The position numbers and the translations under genes are program-made. Below the pieces are notes generated by a model. The model was not told where the DNA came from. It made no database searches and was given only the letters and a program-made list of their open reading frames with translations. 54,059 bases of DNA from a virus (Duplodnaviria; Caudoviricetes). Below, piece by piece: positions 1-8,726 of this stretch. Within the stretch, counting starts at the first letter, position 1; the number at the start of each line of letters is the position of its first letter. The DNA lies in IMG/VR virus record IMGVR_UViG_3300042292_001176, positions 1 through 54,059 of that record. One strand, written 5' to 3'.

Positions 1-90
1 GAAGATGGCGGGAGAGGGGCAGTCCTCGGCCAGGTACGGATACCCAGAGGTGTAGTGGGCGAGGAGTTCGGTGCTGTTCTTCTGGTCCAT
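1..90 (-). CDS. 5' part of a small hypothetical protein spanning the window junction (continues at 54059..53991)
   Basis: ATG at 90 with GGAG upstream; 30 codons (MDQKNSTELL...PAIF) run off the left end in frame with QECNVDAF...NN* at the right end. Confidence 0.65.
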   Translation of the reverse strand, partial: MDQKNSTELLAHYTSGYPYLAEDCPSPAIF

Positions 91-161
91 TGTCGGCTGT
101 CTCCGCAGGGATGATTTGGATGGTGTGTCATGCTCCCTGCAAGGACATGAAACACCGAGTG

Positions 162-201
162 AAAGAGAAACCCTCCGCTCCCCCGTTAAGGGGAGGGAGG
201 G
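162..201 (-). terminator. intrinsic terminator
   Basis: GC-rich stem with a TTAAC-containing loop followed by TTTCTCTTT on the minus strand. Confidence 0.7.
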
Positions 202-221
202 CGTGGGGGAAAAGATGCTGG

Positions 222-455
222 TCAACGGCGGCTGCGCTCGATGAGCGCAAGACGTTCGTCCTGCTCGGCGTCCTTGGCGAGCTTGTCCTCGCGGGCCTTG
301 CTGCGGCGGTAGCTCCAGTCCTGGATGGACTGGATGCCGAACCCGATGGCGAAGACCAAACCGGTGGCGAGGATGGCGGAGCAGACGATGATGATCAGGG
401 TGTGCTTGTCCATTGTTTGTCTCTGCACGGGTTTGATTGTGGGTTGGGCTGACAC
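222..455 (-). CDS. small membrane protein
   Basis: one hydrophobic segment (LIIIVCSAILATGLVFAIGFGI) followed by a charged tail. Confidence 0.7.
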   Translation of the reverse strand: MSAQPTIKPVQRQTMDKHTLIIIVCSAILATGLVFAIGFGIQSIQDWSYRRSKAREDKLAKDAEQDERLALIERSRR

Positions 456-481
456 CGTGCAGTCAGCCCAACGTGGGTCGC

Positions 482-519
482 AAAGAAACCCCTCACCCCG
501 CCGTCAAGCGGGGGAGGGG
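482..519 (-). terminator. intrinsic terminator
   Basis: stem CCCCTC.CCCGC / GCGGG.GAGGGG, TTGAC loop, then TTTCTTT. Confidence 0.7.
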
Positions 520-538
520 CAGTGGGGGGGGGGATCGG

Positions 539-931
539 TCAGAAGTGGTCGGCGGCCAGGTCGGGCGGCGGCGGGGCGTACTTGAACCCGTCGTCGACCC
601 AGTTGGTGTCGGCGGGGACACCGTCGAACGGATCGAGTCCGAGTGCCGAGTCCGACTCCTTCACCACGGGTTCGGTCGCCACGTTGTGGGTGGTGACCGC
701 CTTCAGGGTCTCGATCTCGAACACGACCACGGCGACCTTGCTGCCAGCTGGTTGGACGGGGTGGTCCTTGGCCAACAGTTCGGCGATGCGGTTGGCGTCG
801 CTCCACCATCGGGCGAAGGCGATGGGGGTGATGAGCTGCGTCACCCGCATCAGGCGGAACGGGTTCTCCGCCGAGAAGGTGCTGCTCGTGGTCTCGACGA
901 CCGAGGCGATCATGTAGTTCATTTCCGTCAT
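539..931 (-). CDS. hypothetical early protein
   Basis: ATG at 931 preceded by AGGAG; phage-like codon usage. Confidence 0.7.
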   Translation of the reverse strand: MTEMNYMIASVVETTSSTFSAENPFRLMRVTQLITPIAFARWWSDANRIAELLAKDHPVQPAGSKVAVVVFEIETLKAVTTHNVATEPVVKESDSALGLDPFDGVPADTNWVDDGFKYAPPPPDLAADHF

Positions 932-1016
932 GTTGTCTCCTGAGTTCGTGCCGCACCACGATGGTGGGTTGGGTGGGTGGTGACGGGGTGCGGTTCCGTC
1001 ACCGTCTGGAGGTGAC

Positions 1017-1053
1017 AAAAAAAGGGACACGGCTCCGTAGAACCGTGTCCCTT
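1017..1053 (-). terminator. intrinsic terminator
   Basis: AAGGGACACGG / CCGTGTCCCTT stem followed by a T7 run. Confidence 0.8.
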
Positions 1054-1058
1054 GTGGG

Positions 1059-1322
1059 TCACTTCTTCAGGTCGGCGAGCGCCTTCGCCACTGCTGCCGC
1101 CACGATGGCGGACAGGTCGGCGGTCATGTCGCCCTTGGGCGCCGACTTGCTGTTGCGGTCGACGATGGCGAAGGCACGACCGTCGCCCGTCAACTCCTTG
1201 GCGACCTCGCTGGGCAGCTGCTCGGCGGCGAAGCCCTCAGGCATCACCAGGATGGCGCAGATGCGGCTGCCGCTCTTGGTGCGGCGGGTCGTCTCAACGG
1301 TCTTGATCGTGAACTGGTCCAT
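1059..1322 (-). CDS. hypothetical early protein
   Basis: ATG at 1322 with GGAGAG RBS; ends just before the terminator. Confidence 0.7.
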   Translation of the reverse strand: MDQFTIKTVETTRRTKSGSRICAILVMPEGFAAEQLPSEVAKELTGDGRAFAIVDRNSKSAPKGDMTADLSAIVAAAVAKALADLKK

Positions 1323-1574
1323 GTGCGTACTCTCCAATTTCTTAGCCGTCCCTATCCCAGGGGAACTCCCCCTGACGACAGGACTCCCTCACCCCATGCA
1401 GCAACGCGACCCCCGCCAAACCGCGGCTTTCCCGCGGCTTCGACCCGCACTACCCACGCTGTAAGCCGCCATACGCACCCGTACAGACACCGAACAGACC
1501 CCCCCAAGCCCCCGCGCGGGCGTGTCACTCGACGGGGGAAAGACCATTTTTGTCTGGCAATTTGTGGTCAAATC

Positions 1575-1781
1575 CCCCCACTGACAGGTCCAAGCCAAGT
1601 GGACTGACAGGTTCCCGAAACCGCCCCGGGAACCCGATCCCGCGCCACGAGCTCCAAACGGCCCTTTCTCTCTCTTCTTCCTCCTACTGACAAGACTGAC
1701 AGATATAGAGAGAGAGATAGGGGTAAGAGATATATAGAGAGATAGTTGTGGCCGAAAGCTGTCAGTCCGGTTTCCTGTCAG
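1575..1781. repeat. iteron-like repeat cluster, putative replication origin or genome-end region
   Basis: ACTGACA(G) at 1580, 1603, 1686 and 1695, inverted CTGTCAG at 1759 and 1775, flanking an AG/AT-rich tract (1701-1745); non-coding, directly downstream of the helicase gene. Confidence 0.6.
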
Positions 1782-3205
1782 CCCAGATCGTCCTCTTGGT
1801 CCTTCTTCAGCGAAAGTCCCCCCAACGCCCGCGTACCTTCGGCACCTTTCCTGATCCTGCTGAGATCCCAGCTGCTCTCCGCCACAATTTTCATCATCAG
1901 CTGGTTGTCAGCCACGTGCATCTTCACGTTATTGGCCCTGCACCAGTCCTTCCACTCCCGCCGCACCAAATCATTTGCGACCGCCCCCTCCTTGTTCCGG
2001 ACGAACCGGGCCTCCAGGAAGTAATCGAACGGGTTGTTCGCCAGGTGATAGTCCTTGACCACCCGCATCCCGCCATCAGTGGGGGTGAACTTCTCTCCGT
2101 CCGGAGCCGCCTCCAGCTTGATCGCCCCCCGGAGGGCCCAGTACGCGATCCCCGCCAGCTCACCCTTCAGCACGTCCATCAGGTTGTGCTGCTCCTTGCC
2201 CTCGAAGCTCCGGTCGAACGGCAGCACCAGCATCTTCCCGCTCAGACCACGGCCCTTGTTCGGCAGCTGAGGGATCTCGTTCGACTGGACCCACGGCGCC
2301 GCGTTCACGACCACGTTCCGCATCTGCCGCTTGTACTTCGCATTGATCGAGATCGGGTCCCTTCCGAGCACGTTCTTCAGGACCCGCACCGCCACCTCGC
2401 CCTCCCGGGAATCGAGTTCACTGACCTCCGAGATGCACAACACCCTCGCGAACTCCAGCCCATCCAGCCCGAAGTTCCCCGCGATCTCGTCCAAGCTCGT
2501 GCCCACGAACCCGGTCCCGCCCACCAACCACCGCATCACCGTGCTGATCGTTCCCTTGCCAGCCCTGATCTTCCCGTGAAACAGCATCCACTTCGCGTAC
2601 CTTCGATGACTCATCATCGAGTAGCCCATCCACCGCTGCAGCAGCTCTTTCCAGAGCGTATCTCCGCCGCTCCACTCCTCTACGCACTTTGTCCACCGCG
2701 GACACTCCACAAACGGATCGAGATCCACGTCCACGACGCACGGATCGAACCACTCCGGCGTCCGGGGCACACACACCAGAGCCCCCGTCTCCGCACTCGC
2801 CTTCACGTCCACGATCACGTCCCGGAACGACACGGAACAGTGGGGGTCGCTCAACCGGTCCCGGTAATCCGGGCACAGCCACTGCGGAACCTCCGCCCCC
2901 GCGACCCGGCACAAGGCCTGCATCGCCCTCACAATCCCGTTCACCTTGAACTCCGTCGGCCCGTACCGCTCCACCACGAGCCCGTTCGGGTCGTCGCTCA
3001 CGTGCAGATCCTCGGTCCAGCGCCAGACCGCGTCCTCTAGCCACTGCTGGTCCCGCTGCACCCACTTGCCGCCGTACCACTCGAACAGCCGGCCCTGCAC
3101 TTCCTTCAGCCCCATGCCGTCCTCGAAGCACACCTTGAGCATCGCTCTCGCGACCTTCATTGGTTCCGTCGTTCTCAACGGGTTTTGTTGTGTACCCAGT
3201 GTCAT
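1778..3205 (-). CDS. D5/P4-family SF3 helicase (no obvious primase domain)
   Basis: D5_N-like WYGGKW, Walker A GKIRAGKGT, Walker B-like ISE, ISINAKYK, motif C SNEIP. Confidence 0.85.
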   Translation of the reverse strand: MTLGTQQNPLRTTEPMKVARAMLKVCFEDGMGLKEVQGRLFEWYGGKWVQRDQQWLEDAVWRWTEDLHVSDDPNGLVVERYGPTEFKVNGIVRAMQALCRVAGAEVPQWLCPDYRDRLSDPHCSVSFRDVIVDVKASAETGALVCVPRTPEWFDPCVVDVDLDPFVECPRWTKCVEEWSGGDTLWKELLQRWMGYSMMSHRRYAKWMLFHGKIRAGKGTISTVMRWLVGGTGFVGTSLDEIAGNFGLDGLEFARVLCISEVSELDSREGEVAVRVLKNVLGRDPISINAKYKRQMRNVVVNAAPWVQSNEIPQLPNKGRGLSGKMLVLPFDRSFEGKEQHNLMDVLKGELAGIAYWALRGAIKLEAAPDGEKFTPTDGGMRVVKDYHLANNPFDYFLEARFVRNKEGAVANDLVRREWKDWCRANNVKMHVADNQLMMKIVAESSWDLSRIRKGAEGTRALGGLSLKKDQEDDLG

Positions 3206-3232
3206 CTGATTATCCTTCCAGCAGGAGATACC

Positions 3233-5545
3233 ATGGCCCAGCCGCTTCGCAGCATGAACCCTTCCACTCCCTTTGGTCGCGAGAAGAACGCTCTTCTTCA
3301 GACCGACCTCCGGGATCCGAACGCCTTCCTGGGCCAGTTGATCGCCCGGAACGCCGCTGTTTCCGCGCCGGCAGCCCCGAAGCCCAAGAAGGCCGAGCCC
3401 CAGCAGCAGGCACAGCCTGCCACGCCACCTGCGACTCCTACTTCTCCGACTCCGCAGCCTCCCCAGTCGCGCCCGACCCCTCAGCTCGCCACGTCCTTCG
3501 ACGCTCAGCGCAAGGCTGCCCGCGACGCATACGACGCCGAACTGGCCGGCTTCTCGCAGCGTTCACAACAAGGCAACCAAGTCACCCCGCTCGAGCAGAA
3601 GCGCGCACTGGAGCGCTACAACAACCAGCTCGGCCGGATCAATGCCATCGAAAACAAGGGGATCAGGAAGAAGCGCGGCGAACAGCTGCGGAGCGAACGA
3701 CTTGCACGTGAGAACTACGCCGACGAACGAGCTGGTGCGATCTTAGACGAATCGACAAAGCGCTTGACTTCGTTGTTCGATTCTACACCAAAGCCTCCGG
3801 CTGTCAACATCCCGGGCCCCGCAGATCGCGCCGCGATGGCCGAACAGATGGCCGCGAACGACGCACAGCGCGCAGCCGCCGACCGTCTTCCGACTCCCAC
3901 CACGCCAGCTCCTACCCAGCCTAGCTGGCTGGACACCGCCATCTTGCGTACGATCGACCTGCTTCAGGCGGGTATGGCTCGTACCCCCACTGCTCAGCTC
4001 TCCGCTGTCGCCGCCCCAGCCGCAGCACCCCAGACCAGTGGGGGTGGCATGCCTGAACCGCCCCAGCGCTACGGTCTGGATCCCGGCGTCAACAAGGTCA
4101 TCTCCAACCTTTACTCCGGCAACGTCGCCCCGGGCAACCTGGGCATCGACCAGCTCGGCGAACTCATGCGCGGCGCCACCCCGCAGCAGCTTGCTTCGCT
4201 TTACGACGGGCTGCAAGCGCTTCCGCCCGAGCAGCAGAAGGCTGCGCTCCAGAAGATGATCGAGCAGAACCAGCAGCTGAACGTCAATCTGGGTCAGCCT
4301 CCGAAGGTCACCCCGGAACAGGCTGCGGAGATCGACCGGCTGAATCCTCCGGCGTCGTTCTTCTCCATGGACGGCTTCAACAACCTGGCCCAGGGATTCA
4401 CCGACCTGACCCAGAACCCAGTGCTTCAGACGATCGCTGGCCCCGGCGGCCTTCTCGGTACCAGCCTGCCGGCCGACGCCATCGCCCGTGAGCGAGCCAT
4501 GGCAACCACCCCGGAACAGCTCCGCATGATCCAGGCCCGCGAGGCTCAGGCCGGGATGCAGGGCGCGCTCCTCGACGCCCTTGGTGCTGGCGCCGCCATG
4601 CGGGGCAGTGCCGCCCCCAACATGACGGCCCCCGGCACCCGCGTCATCGACAACCCCACCCTCCGCGGCCAGACCCCGCCGACGTTCCGTGGACCTGGCG
4701 CAATGAACCCCAACGTGATGGATGTCACCCCAGGCCGTCCCGCCAAGCCTGTGACAGTGATCCCTGGAAACCCTGGCCAGGTCATGGACATGCCGGCGCC
4801 TCAGGCCATGCCGGGCGTCACGCCCCGCGATCTGCCGACAAACACCGGTGGACCCCGCCAGGGACCAATGCGCCCCATCGGCCCTGTGCAGACGGCCGAC
4901 GAAAGCTTCACGGCTCCGACCGTCAGGGTCAAGAATGTTCCGGGGGACATCAACAACCCCACGGCCCAGCGCCGCACTGAGCAAGGCGGTCGTGTTCCGG
5001 CGTCTCCCACCGGAAGAGAGCAGGGCCCAGGCACTGCCGCAGCCGAGGGCCAGATGCGTGTCCGTAGGTCAGACGCCCGTGTTCGCGAGCTCCGGGAACA
5101 GGATCGAGTCACCGACATCATCAACAACCTGATCGATCGCGGTGTTCTCCAGCCCAACCAGCCTGCCACCAGCACCCCCGAAGCCAAGCCCGCTACCGCC
5201 CCGGCTCCGGCCACCGAAACGGCTCTTGCTCAAGTTGCCAAGCCGGCAACACCGAAACCGGCAGCTGAAGCTCCGATCCCGCTCGCTGAACCCAGCGGCA
5301 CCACGGTCGGCCGCAACACGGTACAGGCCACCACGGTCAAACCACGCGCTACCCCGGCTCCTGGCCAGAAGGCCCAGTCCCGCAAGTCCGTCACCGAGGC
5401 CCTCAAGGCCTACGGAACCAAGGTCGTCGAGGATACCCGTGCACTCCTTGCCAAGGACCGCAAGGGCCAGGTCACCGACTCCGACGTTCTTGAGTACCTG
5501 CAGGGCCTGCTCCCCACCAAGGAATCCAAGGCAAACCCTCAGTAG
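3233..5545 (+). CDS. large Pro/Ala/Gln-rich protein, possibly an internal virion protein
   Basis: AGGAG RBS before ATG 3233; 770 aa low-complexity ORF at the head of the structural arm. Confidence 0.6.
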   Translation: MAQPLRSMNPSTPFGREKNALLQTDLRDPNAFLGQLIARNAAVSAPAAPKPKKAEPQQQAQPATPPATPTSPTPQPPQSRPTPQLATSFDAQRKAARDAYDAELAGFSQRSQQGNQVTPLEQKRALERYNNQLGRINAIENKGIRKKRGEQLRSERLARENYADERAGAILDESTKRLTSLFDSTPKPPAVNIPGPADRAAMAEQMAANDAQRAAADRLPTPTTPAPTQPSWLDTAILRTIDLLQAGMARTPTAQLSAVAAPAAAPQTSGGGMPEPPQRYGLDPGVNKVISNLYSGNVAPGNLGIDQLGELMRGATPQQLASLYDGLQALPPEQQKAALQKMIEQNQQLNVNLGQPPKVTPEQAAEIDRLNPPASFFSMDGFNNLAQGFTDLTQNPVLQTIAGPGGLLGTSLPADAIARERAMATTPEQLRMIQAREAQAGMQGALLDALGAGAAMRGSAAPNMTAPGTRVIDNPTLRGQTPPTFRGPGAMNPNVMDVTPGRPAKPVTVIPGNPGQVMDMPAPQAMPGVTPRDLPTNTGGPRQGPMRPIGPVQTADESFTAPTVRVKNVPGDINNPTAQRRTEQGGRVPASPTGREQGPGTAAAEGQMRVRRSDARVRELREQDRVTDIINNLIDRGVLQPNQPATSTPEAKPATAPAPATETALAQVAKPATPKPAAEAPIPLAEPSGTTVGRNTVQATTVKPRATPAPGQKAQSRKSVTEALKAYGTKVVEDTRALLAKDRKGQVTDSDVLEYLQGLLPTKESKANPQ

Positions 5546-5570
5546 GGGCTGGGTCCAACAGCCCAGCCCC
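5545..5570 (+). terminator. stem-loop, possible terminator or processing site
   Basis: GGGGCTGGG / CCCAGCCCC immediately after the stop codon; no U-tract. Confidence 0.4.
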
Positions 5571-5598
5571 CGTACCTAAGGAAGCCTCCCAGATACCT

Positions 5599-5997
5599 TT
5601 GACCATCCCGCTTCCGCAAGGTTTCAAAGCGGTTCGCATGATGGGTACGCCGGAAGCCCGTGCCGAAGGAATGCTGGCTTACGGTGTCGTCAATCCAGAG
5701 ACCGGAAAAATGGGGGGGCAGATTGTTTTTGTGTGGAACCCAGCCAACAGGATGTACCAGCCTTCTTGGCCAGGGGTGAACCTGTACCATTACGAACAGA
5801 ACAAAGGTCTTTACCCGGCATTCTTGAAGGAGGTCTCCAAGTATGTCGACATCGGATCCTCGGGGACATCCAAGGAAGCAGGGTCCATGCCGAACGCACT
5901 CAAGGTCTGGCGCAAGCTCGGTGCTGTTGAAGAGCAGGTGGTAGAGAATGAGTCCCTGAGTGGTCCACGAGCCTTTGTGCTGCGGAGGAAGAAGTGA
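5599..5997 (+). CDS. hypothetical protein, possible GNAT-fold
   Basis: YEQNKGLY...L and NALKVWRKLG resemble GNAT motifs A and B; more AT-rich codons than neighbours. Confidence 0.4.
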   Translation: MTIPLPQGFKAVRMMGTPEARAEGMLAYGVVNPETGKMGGQIVFVWNPANRMYQPSWPGVNLYHYEQNKGLYPAFLKEVSKYVDIGSSGTSKEAGSMPNALKVWRKLGAVEEQVVENESLSGPRAFVLRRKK

Positions 5998-6437
5998 GCA
6001 AGAAGCGCAAGGGCATGTCCTTCAGCCTCGGCGGCGGACTCCGGTGGGTCCATGAGTCTCGGTTCTGTGACGAGCTCCAGATGACTCCGAAGGGGTTCCG
6101 TCGCCTGTGCCGGCAGCTGGGCGTACCCATGCTGCACATCCACGAGGACTGGCTCGTGAACCTCCACATGTTCCGGATCGGCATGTGGGCCGCTTGCCGC
6201 TTCGGCCAACCGGACTTCCTCGTGCCGGGCTGCGAGCAGATCTCGAAGGGCCGAAAGCCCGCCCGTCACCAGGCAACTTCCGTGACCCGCGAGTACATCG
6301 AGAAGAATCTCCCGATGCTTATCGAGGAGATCAACAAGGCCCGCGTCATGGACGGCATCGAACTCGAGCAGCGCACCATCGACGAGTCCCGTGACGCCGC
6401 CCGCCGTATGCTCAACCTCCTCAACCCCAGGACCTGA
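5994..6437 (+). CDS. hypothetical protein
   Basis: GTGA overlap with the upstream gene; typical codon usage. Confidence 0.7.
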   Translation: MSKKRKGMSFSLGGGLRWVHESRFCDELQMTPKGFRRLCRQLGVPMLHIHEDWLVNLHMFRIGMWAACRFGQPDFLVPGCEQISKGRKPARHQATSVTREYIEKNLPMLIEEINKARVMDGIELEQRTIDESRDAARRMLNLLNPRT

Positions 6438-6438
6438 C

Positions 6439-6570
6439 ATGCCGTTCAAGTCGAAGGCCCAGCAGGGCTACATGTTCTCGAAGATGCCGAAGACCGCCAA
6501 GAAGTGGGCGAAGGAAACGCCCAACATGAAGTCCCTCCCGAAGAAGGCCCCCAAGAAGCGGAGCAAGTGA
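6439..6570 (+). CDS. small Lys-rich phage protein (MPFKSKAQ type)
   Basis: MPFKSKAQQGYMFSKMPKTAKKWAKETP...; N-terminus of a type common in tailed phages; not in the ORF track. Confidence 0.75.
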   Translation: MPFKSKAQQGYMFSKMPKTAKKWAKETPNMKSLPKKAPKKRSK

Positions 6571-6824
6571 TGGCTGCAAAGAAGAAGCGGTTCGACTTCA
6601 AGGCGGTCCACAAGAACCCAAAGGGCGGGCTCAGCGAGGCCGGCCGGTCGGCCTACAACAAGGCGACCGGCGGCAACCTCAAGGCGCCGCAGCCCGAGGG
6701 CGGCCCCCGGCGCAACAGCTTCTGCGCCCGAATGCGCGGCATGAAGAAGAAGCTCACGAGCTCCAAGACCGCGAACGATCCGAACTCCCGCATCAACAAG
6801 AGCCTTCGGGCCTGGAACTGCTGA
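6570..6824 (+). CDS. DUF6321-like small basic protein
   Basis: KNPKGGL...GGNLK...RRNSFCARM...DPNSRINKSLRAWNC signature; TGATG coupling. Confidence 0.8.
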   Translation: MAAKKKRFDFKAVHKNPKGGLSEAGRSAYNKATGGNLKAPQPEGGPRRNSFCARMRGMKKKLTSSKTANDPNSRINKSLRAWNC

Positions 6825-6825
6825 C

Positions 6826-7023
6826 ATGCTACCCCCACTGAATGCGAAGCCGAAGAAGCCTTCCAAGTACGCGCCCAAGAAGTGCCCTGAGTGCGGCGAG
6901 AAGCTGGACGAGGAGGGCGAGTGCGAGGAGTGCGGCTACGGTTGCGAGGAGTGCGAGGCCGAGAAGGAAGCCGCGAAGCAGATGGAGATCAAGTTGTCGA
7001 TCTTGCTTCCCGGCGGAGACTAG
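6826..7023 (+). CDS. small zinc-ribbon protein
   Basis: CPECG...CEECG plus a further CEEC. Confidence 0.6.
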   Translation: MLPPLNAKPKKPSKYAPKKCPECGEKLDEEGECEECGYGCEECEAEKEAAKQMEIKLSILLPGGD

Positions 7024-7030
7024 TTACAAT
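7003..7030 (+). promoter_or_regulatory. possible sigma70-type promoter
   Basis: TTGCTT-16 nt-TACAAT upstream of ORF 7077. Confidence 0.35.
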
Positions 7031-7076
7031 CTGATCAACATGTTCCGCCTGTTGCGGAACCAACCAGGAGAGTGTC

Positions 7077-7193
7077 ATGAAGAACAAGATGATGATGAAG
7101 GCCGCAGCCAAGGGCAAGCCGTCCAAGGGCGCCGCCAAGAAGAACCCGTTCGCCGCCATGCGCGCCAAGGCGAAGCCCGCCCCCAAGAAGTGA
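7077..7193 (+). CDS. tiny Lys/Ala-rich peptide (38 aa)
   Basis: AGGAG RBS; MKNKMMMKAAAKGKPSKGAAKKNPFAAMRAKAKPAPKK. Confidence 0.65.
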   Translation: MKNKMMMKAAAKGKPSKGAAKKNPFAAMRAKAKPAPKK

Positions 7194-7202
7194 GGGTGAC
7201 CC

Positions 7203-8726
7203 ATGGCCGAACCGGATGATCTGAATCAGCTATCGCTTGATCGTCCGGTTCGGCCGGGGGAGATGTTCCTCCCCAAGGAGGGTTTCAAGTACCCCAATCC
7301 GCAGCTCCTCCGCAGGCAGGCGCGCACGAAGGCAACCACCTTGCTGCCGGAGCTGGAACAGAACTTCCAGTATGCCCTAGATGTGACGCCGATGTCCAGG
7401 TCCGGTTTCGGACAGGGCACTCGGATCAAGCTTGATCCGGACCTTCCGATCCTGGAATCGCGGATCGTCCCGTGGTTCGGGCGCGTCGACAGCCCCGAGT
7501 ACATGGACGAGTTGCGCCGCACTCAGGACAGCCTGGAGAAGGCTCGCGCGGCCATGCCAGCTCTCAAGCAGCGCCATGCCCGAGAGTTCGAGCGGCAGGT
7601 CTCGACCCTGGGTCACGCCCTGCGCCAGTTCGGAACCCAAGGACTTGGCACGACCATTCGGATGGGCCTGGCAAATCCAAACGTCGCCACCTCAGAGCTC
7701 AATGTCCGTGATGCCCACATGATCATGGCTTACCTGATGGGCCGCAATCTGCCGCCGGAATCCGCGTCCATGGACCTCACCCGCCAGGTAGCTGACCGTT
7801 CCGTCGGTCGCCACGCTGCGCGCCTGGGTCTTCAGGTGGCCCGTCCAGACCCAGCGTACGTGATGGGTGCACCACTATCCGAGCACGTCCGTGGACTTGA
7901 GCTTGGCTTTGGAACCAAGGGCCAGGGTCACTTGCTCGCCGGCCTCGGCCTCAAGAGCGACACCGACATCTTCGGGGTCCAGTTCGAGGAGCAGTTCATC
8001 AACAAGGGTCAGCCTCTCAACCCGTTCAGCCGCAAGCTGGTCGAGGGGGTGATGGCTGACCGCGAGCGTGTCGCCCAATCAGAGTTGCAACTGGCCAAGG
8101 CCACGTCTTCCAAGGCTAAGTTCCGCGAAGCATCAGTGGCTTATCGCAACGCGCTTGAAAGCTTCCTCGACGATGTCTTCAATCAGGATCCTCCGAGCCA
8201 GACTCCTGGGCTCAAGATGCCCAAGATCAATGTGCCCAAGGACGTGATCCAGGAGTCCGTGAACAACTCCTTCAAGAAGACGTTCCGCCAGGGTATGGAG
8301 CCGTTCGGAACTCGGCATCTGGACGCAGTTCGCAAGGACATTCGCGAAACGGCTCTCAGTGCGATCAAAGACGGACATCCTCGGGCGGAGTACGTTCGCC
8401 TGCGCTTCCAAGACATGAAGCGAGGCGTTGACGAATACTTGATCCAGTGGGTCCGGAGCCAGAAGACCTTCCAAGCCCCGAGACGGGCATCGAAGGCGAC
8501 GCTTGCTGCGGAGGGCGGAGTCAAGAGCGTGGTCAATCCTGTGACCAAGACCATGAGCGAGGGAGTGCCCGCGCGCGCGACGAACCTCAAGCGGCTGGAG
8601 CAGGGAACCGCTCAAGTGTTGAAGCAGCTGGGACGCACTGCGCCAAATATTCCGATGTTCCTGGTAACAGCACTGGCCGCCGGCCTTGCAGTCACCGGGT
8701 TCACGAGAGAGGATTCAGATGTCTAA
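7203..8726 (+). CDS. hypothetical protein with a C-terminal hydrophobic segment
   Basis: 507 aa ORF with GAGGG RBS; C-terminal MFLVTALAAGLAVTGF. Confidence 0.7.
   Translation: MAEPDDLNQLSLDRPVRPGEMFLPKEGFKYPNPQLLRRQARTKATTLLPELEQNFQYALDVTPMSRSGFGQGTRIKLDPDLPILESRIVPWFGRVDSPEYMDELRRTQDSLEKARAAMPALKQRHAREFERQVSTLGHALRQFGTQGLGTTIRMGLANPNVATSELNVRDAHMIMAYLMGRNLPPESASMDLTRQVADRSVGRHAARLGLQVARPDPAYVMGAPLSEHVRGLELGFGTKGQGHLLAGLGLKSDTDIFGVQFEEQFINKGQPLNPFSRKLVEGVMADRERVAQSELQLAKATSSKAKFREASVAYRNALESFLDDVFNQDPPSQTPGLKMPKINVPKDVIQESVNNSFKKTFRQGMEPFGTRHLDAVRKDIRETALSAIKDGHPRAEYVRLRFQDMKRGVDEYLIQWVRSQKTFQAPRRASKATLAAEGGVKSVVNPVTKTMSEGVPARATNLKRLEQGTAQVLKQLGRTAPNIPMFLVTALAAGLAVTGFTREDSDV

Noticed and set aside
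964-988. G-quadruplex-like tracts (also 37857-37879)
   Set aside because: Plausible by chance in a G-skewed, high-GC strand; no supporting context
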